DNA of 63,997 nucleotides, filler included, from Elsinoe ampelina (lineage: Eukaryota): assembly GCA_010093995.1 (NCBI GenBank). It is 4 parts of 3 records of this genome, joined end to end, with 100 filler letters (N's around TTAATTAATTAA, not from the genome) between each part and the next. Parts side by side here need not be neighbours in the genome. Positions count along the whole stretch, not along the records: positions 28,171 to 58,606 come from ML992501.1; positions 58,707 to 61,110 come from ML992502.1; 2 more parts are not named here. The stretch is one strand, 5' to 3'. Made by a program: the position numbers and the translations under genes. This document shows, piece by piece, positions 47,522 to 61,210 of the stretch; position 1 is the stretch's first letter, and the number at the start of each line of letters is the position of its first letter. Below the pieces are notes generated by a model. The model was not told the DNA's origin and searched no databases. It was given only the letters and a program-made list of their open reading frames with translations.

Positions 47522-48748
47522 ATGGCAGAGACCAAAGACATCTTCATCATAGGCGGCTCCTACGCTGCCGTCAACACAGCTCACTACATCCTCAAATTCA
47601 TCTTCCCAACCCTCAGCACACCCCATCGCCTCGTCCTCGTCTCTCCCACCTCCTCACTCTACCACCGCATCGCCGCCCCCCGCGCCATCCTCTCCCCCGA
47701 ACTCTACCCCGAAGAAAAAGCCTTCTACCCAATCGCTCCAGCTTTCTCGCAGTACCCTGCCAGCCAATTCGAATTCGTCCTCGGCACCGCCACATCCATA
47801 GACTCCTCTTCTCAAACCCTCCACCTCTCCGTCTCCTCTCAACCCACCTCCCGCTCATACCACGCCCTCATCCTCGCCACCGGCGCCCGCAGCCAAGACC
47901 CCACCCTCTCCTCCCAAGGCGGCCCCCAAGACGAAATCACCTCCGCCCTCACCACCATCCAAACCCAGCTCAAAACCGCCCACACCGTCATCGTCGGCGG
48001 CGGCGGCCCCGCGGGCGTCGAAGCAGCCAGCGAAATCGGGGAATACCTCAACGGCAAACCAGGCTGGTTCGGGAGCAAGCCACGCAAGGTCGAGATCCGC
48101 CTCATCACAGGCGGGGACCAGCTCCTCCCTGTCCTGCGCCCTGCACTGGGGAAGCAAGCGGAGAACATGATCCGGGATCTAGGCGTGGAGACGACGTACA
48201 AGACACGTATCGAGGGGACGGAAAAGTTGGCGGACGGCAGGACGAGGGTCAAGCTTGACAATGGGGAGACGGTGGATGCGGATGTGTATATTAATGCGAT
48301 CGGGACGGTGCCGATGACGGGGTACGTGCCTGGTAGTTGGTTGGACGGGAAGAAGAGGGTGAAGGTGAGTAAGGCGTTGAGGGTTGAGGGGGCGGAGAGG
48401 GTGTATGCTGTTGGAGACGTGCATGATCAGACGAGAGGGGGCATGTTGGATTTGTACGACAGTATTCCCGTGTTGGCGACGAATTTGAAGACGGATTTGC
48501 TCGAGGCGGAGGGGAGGAAGAGGACGCATGAGGATAGGTTGTTTGAGGGGAAGAAGGATGAGTCGCAGGTGGTCACGATTGGGCAGAGTAAAGGCGTGGG
48601 CGCGTTTGGAGGGATAAAGTTGCCGAGTGTCGTGATTTGGGGCCTGAAGGGGAGGGATTACATGTCTGGTATGACCAAGTCGGCGATCGAGGGGAACAAG
48701 TGGAAGAAGGAGGTGGCGTGGAAGGCGACGCCGCTCAAGGCTGCGTAG
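47522..48748 (+). CDS. AIF/AMID(FSP1)-like FAD-dependent pyridine nucleotide oxidoreductase
   Basis: IIGGSYAA, LILATGA, IVGGGGPAGVEAASEI, VYAVGDV and KGRDY. Confidence 0.92.
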   Translation: MAETKDIFIIGGSYAAVNTAHYILKFIFPTLSTPHRLVLVSPTSSLYHRIAAPRAILSPELYPEEKAFYPIAPAFSQYPASQFEFVLGTATSIDSSSQTLHLSVSSQPTSRSYHALILATGARSQDPTLSSQGGPQDEITSALTTIQTQLKTAHTVIVGGGGPAGVEAASEIGEYLNGKPGWFGSKPRKVEIRLITGGDQLLPVLRPALGKQAENMIRDLGVETTYKTRIEGTEKLADGRTRVKLDNGETVDADVYINAIGTVPMTGYVPGSWLDGKKRVKVSKALRVEGAERVYAVGDVHDQTRGGMLDLYDSIPVLATNLKTDLLEAEGRKRTHEDRLFEGKKDESQVVTIGQSKGVGAFGGIKLPSVVIWGLKGRDYMSGMTKSAIEGNKWKKEVAWKATPLKAA

Positions 48749-50429
48749 GTAGATGAGGGCGGAGGTGGTAGTTATTTTCGGCATTGCGGTGTGGATCTTG
48801 GTATGATTGATTATGCTTTTGGAGTGCAGATACCTTAATCGATGATGCTTGTTGAGAACCAACCCTGCTTGAGAATCAAGGGAAGTGGGTACTGGACTGG
48901 TTTGGCGTGGAGAGCCGCATGGAGGCGGAGTCACTTCCGAACCATACAAACTACTGCTCGGGCTTCATGTCGTGATACACCGACCGGGGATTTTATGGTG
49001 GCTTTAGTGCTACGCTAGTAGTATGCCTTGTCGAGGTGTGTGATACAGCATTTCCGTTACTCCGGTTGAGTCGAGTAAGATGTTGTCATGTCCTACCATG
49101 CCAGGTCTTTGATGCTCAAAACCGAGGGTGGCCTTGATGAAACACTCCACAATCACGAAAGCTTGGCCAACTGCTGATCACAAACTGAGGCCGCAGAATG
49201 TCCGAGATCGCTTACCACCACCGGTCCATACCACGGAACGTGCTCCGCCAATCTTTACATTGTCTAGCGGTGAAGAACAATTGTATCAAAATGATCGCAT
49301 GATTCTCACATCCTGCAGAGAGGCTTGTATACCCGAACCGTACCTTTCAGGTAGCGTGACCATTCTGTGATTTCTTCTGGTCGTCTGCGCGTCCATGACA
49401 GCGTCCATCAACGCAGGGCTCGGCCTAGTGCGGCTCGAAACAACAAAATTGAATGGCGGGGTAGAGCAAAAACACACCAGATTGGAGCCACGTCGGCGGC
49501 TTCGACGTCATGGGCCCAGAAAAATCGACGCTGCGGTAAACATCATCTTTCGTTCCCACGAGTCCCGGTAAGGCCAGGCCCGAACGGGGCTTCTGTATTA
49601 AAAGATTGACCTTCTTGTCGGAATGTTGCATTTTGCTCTTCCTTCGTTTGTGAAACCATTCGACCTCCCATACCCACGTATCGATAGGAACGACAGCGGG
49701 ATATAGCCTCTCTGTTCCGTGTCGATCTTCAATTTCATCGCCAAGATCAGCCTATCGTCTTATTCTCGAATCGGCTATACCATTTCATCCACGACTTCCG
49801 ATATTTCTCAACCAGTTTCGTGACAGCGAAGGAAGGGTAACACGGCACCGAACTTCGCAAGATGGCCGGTCTGGCTCTGAAAGGGTAAGTGAACGACCTC
49901 ACACTTACTGGTGCAAATTGCAGGGTGGCGTGGAGTTTTATAGTCCAGTCATTTGCGCTTCAGAGCTGGCCATGATGAGTTCGCAACATGTGACAGCCAG
50001 CGATGCCTTGAGCAGCCTGTGCCTGTTGATATTGTCCTCTTCTGCTTCATCCGTCACTTCCATAATCGAATGAAGCGGATGATAATATCGACAACGACAT
50101 GGCGGCTGCTGGAATGCTTCCCTGGTTGACAGGGCACATTTTCGAACTCATGATGGTCACGTAAGTCTTTGAATTCGCATTTGATGCCGGGCGACGTCGA
50201 TTCATATCGGCTTCTCCCGCGCCTGCCTTTTGCACCAGCACCTCACCTCCGATTCACCACTTCATCCCGCTGCACATTCACAGACACATTCGGATTGCCT
50301 GCAGAGCTCCTTGTTTGCGCCAGCTGCTTGCTGCGTGAATACAAGTCTGCTCTGCTTGTGCATTCCGATTGTTGATTCCTCATCCTCCAATCCTCCACCA
50401 CTCCACCACTTTACACATCCAACCCCATC

Positions 50430-51324
50430 ATGCCAGTGAATACCACAGGGCTAAGAGCATTGTGCTGGAGTATCCTTTATGGAGTAGATAAAATCCCCGA
50501 TACATGGTTCGACAAGATTCCTTATTACCAATCCGAAGAAGCCAAGCAAGCGAAAAAGTCTTCGAAACGATCTAAGAAAGAAGGCCGACATCGCCGAAAT
50601 GCCTCCGCCGACGACAAATACTACGAGGATCATTACGCCCGTCGCTCCGGTGACCGCAGACGCAGACGCTCTTACGACGATGAGGACCCTGACCTCGACG
50701 ACGACAATCACAAGTACGCTCACAGACGCAGTCGGGATGATGGCAGGCGAGGTCACGACCCTGAACGCCGTGGCTACGATGGAGCAGGGAATGGTGATTA
50801 CGCTCAACCTCGCGCTCACAGAGCGAACGAGTATCCTGTGAACCATGCAAGCGTAGTCCCTCAAGCTCATCCGAGTGCGAACGGATATGGCTATCCGGCA
50901 GTAAGTCAACAGCTATGATGAAAGAAGAAACCAGATACTGACAATTCACCAGAACGGCACTGCTGTTGGAAGCGCAACCTACACTGGTCAGCAGAACTTC
51001 GATCGTCCACCCTCCTCCGGTCCAGTCCCTGGCTATGTTCCCTATTCCAACATTTACAACGGCAGTCCCACTCAAGCCAACTATCCCCCTGGCGATCAAT
51101 TCGGTAGCAGGCATGGCTCCACCCAGCACAACGGCCCTCCTTCAGCACACCCACGCCAGCCAAAGTTTGACGAGCCTCGTGGATACCACGGACGAAGGAG
51201 GGACTCACGCTACGATTCTGACTCGTACGACTCCGATGATTCCCGTCGTCATCGTCGTCGCCATCGTTCTCGTGACCGTGCTTCGTCACATGCAGGACAC
51301 CGTCGCGCATCCACTTGGAAGTAA
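50430..51324 (+). CDS. Hypothetical low-complexity R/D/Y/P-rich protein, 2 exons
   Basis: N-terminus ILYGVDKIPDTWFDKIP. A canonical intron (50901-~50952) joins an in-frame second exon ending ...RASTWK*. Confidence 0.7.
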
Positions 51325-51789
51325 TCGACAGGTGGTGGCTTGATATGGAGGTCGTACAAACTTCGTCGGAAGGATTCAGCACAACAGAATGGTCGAATAA
51401 GATTGATCGATGCACACCGCCTAAACGGCAATCACAACGAGTTGAACGAGGGACGAACTTGGCGCACAGGACAAGCATGAATTTTCTCGATTTCGAGCAT
51501 CATCAAAGTGGAGAAAGCATTCACGGCGGATCATGAATGCATCGAGCGAAACGGCACGGGTCAAGCAGCTTTGCTTTTGCGAATAAAATAGCATACCACA
51601 ATAAATCCCGAACATCCAAGCTGACTGGTCACTTTGTAGACCACCTTTTGATCCGTGAGCTGCTCTGGGCCGTACCTGCGTGAATGCACATCAGCCCTCC
51701 CAGGCATGCATGCTGAACATCCCCTCGTGCGTTTCTGGCCAGTGGAGCACTCCGCCGATCTTGATGATCACTTCTTGGCGGAGGACTTC

Positions 51790-54145
51790 AGCCTCTATAA
51801 GCTTAACAAAGAGTAATCTTTAAGGAGTAATAACTTTATGAATTAGTCCCCTTTTAAGCTGTAAATTAGTAGAGGATAAAGCTAAGGTTAAGCGCTTTTA
51901 ATTAATATAGATATTAATGAATTTTATTATAAGTTTATATAAGGTTAGTAAAACTTCTTAAAACACTTATCTCGAACATAGAGTAGTTTATTACACCTTA
52001 AATAAATTCAATTAGTCTTATATATATACTCTTTAACGCCTTAAATATAAAGCTAGTAGTAGTAATAGTAATATATAATAGATAAGGCTATAGTTATTTA
52101 GTAACTATAAGGCTAGAGGAGGCGCTCTAGTAGTAGCTTAGTATTCTTAGTAATATAGCCTCGGTAGTGTAACTTCTTTAAATTGCTAACTATAACCTCT
52201 CTAGCTCTTACTCTTCTTTATATTATATTAGGAGGTTACTTAGCATCTATAAGCCTTACTCCTTTAACAAGTAAAGCTTAAGCTAATTAATAGTAAAAGA
52301 GGTAGTAAATAGTATAGTAGCTATACTTAACTCCGTCGCTAAAGAGCTAAGTAAATATCTAAAAGGCGTTAATAATAGAGCACTCTAATAGCTAGAAGAA
52401 GAGTAGTATCTAATTGTATAAGACTCTTAATTAGAGTAAATATAATACTCTATATTAATTAGTAATATCTACCGCTTCTATAAAGTAATTATATCTAACT
52501 ACTACTACTAGTAATTAAAGTACCTTCTCTATAGCCTTACTCTATATACTTTACACTTGCTCTTTAAACTATCTATCTTAATAGTATATAGCCGGCCGCT
52601 ACTAGATAGCCTTAATAAGCTTATAAGGCTTATAAAGAGTTATAAGGAAGTATACTAGGAGGCGGTCTTACTATAAAATTAAGTAAACTAAGTTATCTAT
52701 CTAGAGAGGTAAAGTAGTAGTATATAAGGTTATTTAGGAGCTTAAGATTATACTTAATCTGCCCTATTTAAGCTATAACTTCTTCTTATTAATCCGGCTA
52801 TACTCTTTTAGATAGAACTTCGAGGTTAGCCTTATAGTACTAGTAGCGCTAATACTAAGTCTTTAGAGGCTAATAAAGAGTAGTATATTAGAGAAGAGAT
52901 TATTATAGAATAGAGAGAACTAGTAGCAAATCCTTAGTAGTTGCTATACTAAGTAAATTACTACTTATAAGGTTTATAATAATTTAATATTACTTACCTC
53001 TAAGGGCTTAGTTACTAGAAGGCTATAATATAAAGTAGAGCGACTTATAAAGAGAAATATAAAGGTATAGCTACATTTATAGAGTAATAATATCTTATAT
53101 CCTTATATAATTAGCTTATTCTTTATTAGGTAAGTATACTTTAATCTTCTAGTAAATTGTACTATAGTCTTATTAATAGTAACCTCTATAGCTAGTATAA
53201 TATATAACCTCTAGCGCTCTCTAAGATACTTCGCTAACTTCTTTACCTTATTAAACATAGACTACTATTATAGTAAATTTACTAGAAGAAGATCGTTATA
53301 GATATAAAAGAAGCGCTTTAACTACTAGAAGTAATTAAGTAAGAAATATTAACTAATAAGGTGTTAAGGCTTCTATATATTACAACTCTAGTACTCTATA
53401 ACTAGCGACTATTAGTATAGGCTAAAGTAGATAATTTACACTAGCTAGATTATTAGTTTACTCTTCGAAGTTAGTTTCTACTTCCTTAGCCTCTTTATAG
53501 ATTTAGTTAGTACTCTAGCACCTCTTAAAGCTACGTATTAGTTAGTGTAATTAGTAAGATACTTAAAGAGCTAGTCTATAAAGAAGAGCTAGAATAGGAG
53601 GAGTAGCTAGTTATCTTTATCCTCTACTTCTAAGCCTTTAGGTAGGTGTAATTCTCTATCTTTATAATTAATCTAAATTAGCTTAAAGGCTAGCTTATTA
53701 TCTAGTAGATTATTTGTCCTTATAACCTCTAGTACTAGTATAGCCTCCTTAGCCTTCTCTTTCTTCTCTAAGGCTCTAACTTCTTTATATATCTCTAAGT
53801 TAACCTTATTCTCTACCTTAGAGCTAGTATAATCCTCTATAGTTATACGCTAGAAGGCACTACTAGGAGAATTATAAGAGCTTAGAAGTAGTAGAGGAGT
53901 AGAGGCGAACTATATATAATAGCCCTTATTAGTAGTAGCTATAGCAATTCTTATTACACCTTTAAAAGCTTAATATTATAAAGTTATAGCCTTTTCTACA
54001 TCTTTATAGCACTAATAGTAGTAAAGAATATTAAATTCATAGCTAAGTCTACTAATTACTTCGATTTTAGTAAGTATTACTAAGAAATTAGAGTCGGCTA
54101 TGTCTAGCGCTAAAACTAGCTAAAAATTTTTACTAGATTAGGGGA
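51790..54145 (-). mobile_element. RIP-destroyed piggyBac DNA transposon (DDD transposase relic); ends approximate
   Basis: Reversing RIP on the minus strand gives IDETMVQFTGRS..KNKP..GYK (~53100-53177), DNLFS (~52890-52910), LGIGATGTVR (~52830-52860) and YN.FMGAVDIADQYR..W.PLFFWLL (~52385-52495), i.e. all three catalytic-Asp motifs in order. Confidence 0.85.
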
Positions 54146-57100
54146 TGTTATAACTAGCAAATTAGATTAAGAGACGTATATTTTATTTAGAGAATTATAA
54201 TAACTAATTTATCTACTATATATGTACTAACTTATTAGTGCTAGTTCTTTAGTACTAGAGAAGCTATACTAGCCTTCTATTATAATACTCTCTCTCTAGT
54301 ATAGATTATTAAAGCTAGAGAACTATTCTATTATATATAAGTAAAGTAATTAGCTTATTACTTTATCTCTTTATAATTGCTTATAATTGTTAGTGTTAGC
54401 TAATTATTAGTAAGAATTTACTATTAGTTTAGCTTATAATTACTAGTAATAATAGTAACTATTAACAATAGCTAGGTAGCTATTGTTTATATAAATAGAC
54501 TAGCTTATAAGTCTTAATTAAAGAGATATAAGTATCTAGCTAGCCTCTTTATAATTTCTCCTTTCTTTATTATACTTATAGTAGTAGCCTTTTCTTTTAT
54601 ATAACACTTTTACCTTCTTACTATACTATATTAATAACACTTATAACATAAGCGCTATAGTATAGTAATAGCTAGGCATTAGTAGCATTACTACTAGTGC
54701 TAGTGCTCTAAGTAGTCTACTAGGTAGTAGAGGTAGTAGTAAGAAGAGAAATTCTCTATTAAGGTTACCTAGTACTTTTAATGTTAATTATAATACTACT
54801 ATAAGACTAATTACTTATCTTAATACTCTTAGTAAGTAGCTATAAAGCATTAATAGCACAAGCTAACATTAATAGCCTAATTAACCTAGACTTTAACTTA
54901 ATAGTTAGCCGATATAATCTAGAATACTCTCCTTAGGCTTAGGATAATTAGTTATTATAACTATACTAACTTATATTCTATCTAGAGGTCTATAGTAGTC
55001 TAGGCCTTTAGTACCTATAGTATATACCTAGTAGTTACTAATTCTATTCTAGTTAAGGATCTAACTAAGTAAGTTAACTTTACTAGATCTACTAACTACT
55101 CTACTACTTTAATAGCTTCTAGTGCTACTAGTAGAGTAGTTTACTATAGCACTAATTACTATACTAAGTATTAGGGATCTAACTCTAGTAATAATTAGAG
55201 TAAGGGTAGGGGTAGCAAGTTTAGTAAGTATATTACTTTGCCTAGTTAGCTTAATAAGGCCTATACTTGCTATACTTATAGCAACTAATATACTAGATGT
55301 TCCTTAGCTAACTATACTCTAACTCTAAGGCCTATTAGCTCTCCTAAACCTATAAGGACCCTAAGTAGCTTAAGGGTTATTACCTAGTCTATTCTATATA
55401 GCCTAATACACCTACTAATAGAGCTTCTAAGGTCTGTCTCTTTTAGTAGTACTTTGCCTTAGAAGTTCTTACTAAGGGCCTATATACTAGAAGTATTATT
55501 AGATGTAGTTAATACTTTAATAACTTATACTAACTCTTACTACTTTATAGTAGTCTCTATAAACTTTATAGATCCTACTAACCTAACTGCTACTAAGGTT
55601 TATAACTTAGCTACTATAGTAATAAACTATATAATAGAGCTTATAAGAATTATAGCTACTAGCTACTCTAGTTAGCTTTCTCCTATTTATGCCTTTATAC
55701 TAAGCCTAGCGCTAATAAGGTATAGTAGGTCTAGATCTAATACTTCTATAAGGTCTACTAGTAGTAATAAGAGAAGAGGTTCTCCTTCTATAAAGAAGTA
55801 ATTAAAGGTAGGAAATAGATAAGGATTATTAAAGGTAATAATAGTACTAAGTAGTAGATATAGCTTAGGCATAAGTAGCTAGTAATAGAGTTATAATAGC
55901 TTTTCCTTTCTCTCTTCTTAATAATAAAGTAATTTACTTTAAGCTTTAGACAAATAAGATAGCTTAATAAGTAGTAGTAGTATAAATAATATACTTAAAA
56001 TAATAATATATATAAAATCTAAATAAGTATATAGCGTAGATATACACTAAGTAATTAGCCTTTACTAATTAATTAAGGATCTTATTAGGAGACTTAGGCT
56101 TTATAAGTATATTAGCTAATTACTAAGTTATATTAATATACTTAAGCTTAATTACTCTAAGTTTATACTACTCTCTATAGTAGTAATTCCTTAGATTAAT
56201 ATACTTAGATCTCCTTAAGTTAGTATAATCTCTTATAAGTTTAATAGCTAATTTATTATTAATAAAGACTATAGTTAGACTAAGGTAGATATTAGTAAGT
56301 AGCCTAAGTTTAATAATAAAGTTTCTTAACTAATTAATCTCTCTATAGGTCTTAGTAAGGGTAAGGTATTTAGCCTTAGTGCTTAATAATATAATAATCT
56401 TCTATAGCCTTAACTTCTAAATAACTAGTACACTAAGTATATAAATAATAGTACTAGATATAGATCTTGTAGTTAATCTATCTCTAGTAAAGTCTAAGTT
56501 AGAGTAGGCTTTAATTATATTAGCTAATAGTTTATTAGTCTTCCTAAAGGTAAAGCCCTTTATAATAGTCCTATTAATATACCTCTAGATCTATTTAGCT
56601 ATAACTACATAAGCTATAGTTAGATTCTAAAGGAACCTAGCTAGGTAATTAGTAGTATAGCTAATATTAGGCCTTATATTATTAGCTAGATATTATAATT
56701 TACTAATAATTCTATTAAATGTCTTATAGTACTAAGTATTAACTTAGCTATTAGTTAGTTTATAGAGTTAATTAATAGGATACTTTATAGTTCTTACTTA
56801 GTAAAGATTATAACCTTTAAGCTTCTCCTTAAAGTAGTGTAATTACTTAATCTTAATTAAGTCCTTAGTTCTATAAAGTTAAACACTAAGGAAGAGGTTT
56901 AAGTTTATAATCTTTATTAGAAACTTAAGATAAAGATCTTTAACTAGCTTATCTATATACTTCTACCTAGTAGTAATAATCCTAAAGTTATTAATATATA
57001 TAAGAACTATATAATACTTATTAATAAAGAGACAAGTATTACTATAGAATCTAATAAAACTAAGTAATAGAAGTGCCTTAACTATAGTGTTATACTAGAG

Positions 57101-58606
57101 AGTAGTAGCTTACTTAAGCCTATATAAGCCCTTTATAAGAATAATAAGCTTGTCCTATTTACTAGAAATTAGTACGCCTTCTAGGCAGGAGATATAGTTC
57201 TTAATATTAATATCTAGTCTAAGGAATATAGTAACTATATCTACTATTATAATAACCTAGTTATAATAAAGAGTATATACAAGGATTACTCTCCTAGTTT
57301 TAGCTCTTAGTATTAGTATAAAGGTTCTAACAAAGTTAATATCTACTCTTTAAGTAAAGCTCCTTATAGTCTAATAAGCCTTATATCTTTTAACTTTGCT
57401 ATTTATAAGCCTCTTAGTCTTAAAGACCTATTTGCCTATTATTAGCCTAACACCTCTTAGTGCCTATAATTTCTTAATAATTAAAAAGGTTTTAGAGTTA
57501 GTTAGAGCTTTCTACTCTATCTCTATTATAGCTTACTAGTAATAACCTTTAGGAGAGAATAGTATATCTCTTACTATTTATAGGTCTAGCTTAAAATTAA
57601 TAGCTATAGATCTAATAATCTTACTATTATTAAGTTTTTTATAATTAATCTAGCGATATGTTTTAAGAGACCTTCTAATAGTTTCTTATAGTAAGAGAGA
57701 TCTTTTCCTTTTACTAGTTAGAGGTTATATATTAAATAATATAATAAGAAAGTTAACATCCTTATTCTATATATATATTAGTAGTTAATTAACATTAACT
57801 ATAGGATCAAAGGTTAAATATAGTTTACTAATAACTTTAGGTAGTAGTATTATAAGGTCTTTACTCTTATAGTTAGTAATAACAAGTTACTTCCTCTATT
57901 TATTAATAGGTTAAGGATTCTGTTTAGGATATTAGTATTACTCTCTCTATTCTTTAATAGGGGTAGATAATTGTTATTTATATCTAAGGATTAAAGGGTA
58001 GTTAGATGTTAGTTATTTAGCTTAAGGTTATTTAGCCTAGGTAGTTTATAGATTCTTATAACTAAAGGGTAGTTAATTATAGCTATAGTCTTAATTATAA
58101 TCGCTACTAAATGTCCGCTCCCCTTAAAGCTATAAAGCCTTAGGTTGTTATATCTATAGGATATATAGCTATTTAATGACTTATATTACTTAGTCTTTAT
58201 AGACTATGTCCTTATTAAATATTACATAGAGTAATATAATAATCTTTCCCTTCTAGGCTTACTAAGTATAATACTAATAAGGTATCTAGATAAGGTAATT
58301 AGTTATTAAGTCATTCTATATACTAACATACTAACTAAGTAGTACTTTAGCTTAGAATTTATATAATTTAGAAACATATTAGTTATAGATATAGGCTCTA
58401 TAGCTAAAGCGTCTAATATAAGTTAATAAGACTAGCCTATTATTATTAAGAAGATTCTTTCTTAGCTCTTATATAGAGATCTTCTTAGTTTTAGTATAGG
58501 TAATTCTATTACTAATATAGATTATAAACTTTATAACTATATACTAGAGTTTAAGAGGTACTCTATAATTAATAAAGATATATCTTATTCTAAGAATAAT
58601 TACTTT
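54146..58606 (-). mobile_element. RIP-inactivated Ty1/copia copy: 3' LTR (54146-54287), PPT, long 3' region, RNase H and RT
   Basis: The reverse complement matches the LTR and 3' region at 28171-29181, and the RT/RNase H relic matches 62600-63997. Confidence 0.92.
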
Positions 58607-58706
58607 NNNNNNNNNNNNNNNNNNNNNNNNNNNNNNNNNNNNNNNNNNNNTTAATTAATTAANNNNNNNNNNNNNNNNNNNNNNNNNNNNNNNNNNNNNN
58701 NNNNNN

Positions 58707-61110
58707 AACTATATAAGCTATAGTTAGATTCTAAAGGAACCTAGCTAGGTAATTAGTAGCATAGCTAATATTACGCCTTATATTGTTAGCTAGATATTAT
58801 AATTCACTAATAATTCTATTAAATGTCTTATAGTACTAAGTATTAACTTAGCTATTAGTTAGTTTATAGAGTTAATTAATAGAATACTTTATAGTTCTTA
58901 CTTAGTAAAGATTATAATCTTTAAGCTTCTCCTTTAAGTAGTATAATTACTTAATCTTAATTAAGTTCTTAGTTCTATAAAGTTAAACACTAAGGAAGAG
59001 GTTTAAGTTTATAATCTTTATTAGAAACTTAAGATAAAGATCTTTAACTAGCTTATCTATATGCTTCTACCTAGTAGTAATAATCCTAAAGTTATTAACA
59101 TATATAAGAACTATATAATACTTGTTAATAAAGAGACAGGCATTACTATAGAATCTAATAAAACTAAGTAATAGAAGTGCCTTAACTATAGCGTTATACT
59201 AGAGGGCAGCAGCTTACTTAAGCCTATATAAGCCCTTTATAAGAACAATAAGCTTGTCCTATTTGCTAGGAATTAGTACGCCTTCTAAGTAGGAGATATA
59301 GTTCTTAATATTAATGTCTAGTCTAAGGAATATAGTAACTATATCTACTATTATAATAACCTAGTTATAATAAAGAGCATATACAAGAATTACTCTCCTA
59401 GTTTTAGCTCTTAGTATTAGTATAAAGGTTCTAACAAAGTTAATATCTGCTCTTTAAGTAAAGCTCCTTATAGTCTAATAAGCCTTATATCTTTTAACTT
59501 TACTATTAGTAAGCCTCTTAGTCTTAAAGACCTATTTGCCTATTATTAGCCTAACACCTCTTAGTGCCTAAGATTTCTTAATAATTAAAAAGGTTTTAGA
59601 GTTAGTTAGAGCCTTCTACTCTACCTCTATTATAGCTTACTAGTAATAACCTTTAGGAGAGAATAGTATATCTCTTACTANNNNNNNNNNAGCTATAGAT
59701 TTAATAATCTTACTATTATTAAGTTTCTTATAATTAATCTAGTAATATGTTCTAAGGGACCTTCTAATAGTTTCTTATAGTAAGAGAGATCTCTTCCTTT
59801 TACTAGTTAGAGGTTATATATTAAATAGTATAATAAGGAAGTTAATATCCTTATTCTATATATATATTAGTAGTTAATTAACATTAACTATAGGATTAAA
59901 GGTTAAATATAGTTCACTAATAACTTTAGGTAGTAGTGTTATAAGGTCTTTACCTTTATAATTAGTAACATTAAGTTACTTCCCTTGTTTATTAATAGGT
60001 TAAAGATCTAGTTTAGGATGTTAGTATTGCTCCTTCTATTCTTTAATAGGGGTAGATAATTATTATTTATATCTAGGGATAGAAGGGTAGTTAGATGTTA
60101 GTTGTTTAACTTAAGGTTATTTAGCCTAAGTAGTTTATAGATTCTTATAACTAAAGGGTAGTTAGTTATAGCTATAGCCTTAATTATAATTACTACTAAA
60201 TGTCTACTCCCCCTAAAGCTATAAAGCCTTAGGTTGTTATACCTATAGGATATATAGCTATTTAATGACTTATATTGCCTAGTCTTTATAGACTATATTC
60301 TTATTAAATGTTATATAGGGTAATATAATAATCTTTCCCTTCTAGGCTTACTAAGCATAATACTAATAGAGTATTTAGATAAGGTAATTAGTTGTTAAGT
60401 TATTCTATATACTAATATACTAACTAAGTAGTACTCTAGCTTAGAATTTGTATAATTTAGAAACATGTTAGTTATAGATATAGGCTCTATAGCTAAAGCG
60501 TCTAATGTAAGTTAATAAGACTAGTCTATTATTATTAAGAAGATCCTTTCTAAGCTCTTATATAGGGATCTTCTTAGTTTTAGTGTAGGTAATTCTATTA
60601 CTAATGTAAATTATAAACTCTATAACTATATACTAGAGTTTAAGGGGTACTCTATAATTAACAAAGATGTACCTTGTTCTAAGAATAACTACTTTATTAG
60701 TGGCCTTAGATTTACTATTCTAGTATTAAGTATTAGGTGTAGAGATGTTCTATCTCTACTCTTTAAGATAAATAGCTATTGCTAGTTTATAGTTCCTAAA
60801 TTTACCTCCTCTATTAGAGATAAAGATAAATAAAAGCTTATTATAGGCTATTTTATTCCTTATATAGATAAGTTTAATTACTACTAGTATATTACTCTTA
60901 AGAAAGAGAATAGTAATAAACTTATATTTACTTTTACTATATATTATAAGGAGAAGGTATTTATAGCCCTTACTTAACTATAGTTTAATAGGACTAATAA
61001 GGTCTAGATAGAGCTTATCTAGTAAGTATTTTAGTATATCCCTTAGTTCCCTTAACACTACTCTCTATGTCTTTAATATAGTATATAGTTTATAGTAGCT
61101 AAGATCTAAT
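58707..61110 (-). mobile_element. Second copia pol fragment (RT to integrase), RIP-mutated
   Basis: Repeats ~56605-58606 with mostly transition differences and extends further toward the integrase. Confidence 0.9.
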
Positions 61111-61210
61111 NNNNNNNNNNNNNNNNNNNNNNNNNNNNNNNNNNNNNNNNNNNNTTAATTAATTAANNNNNNNNNNNNNNNNNNNNNNNNNNNNNNNNNN
61201 NNNNNNNNNN

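Noticed and set aside
55687..55872. 61-aa ORF in the AT-rich block
   Set aside because: Chance ORF in RIP-mutated retroelement sequence, dominated by L/I/Y/F.
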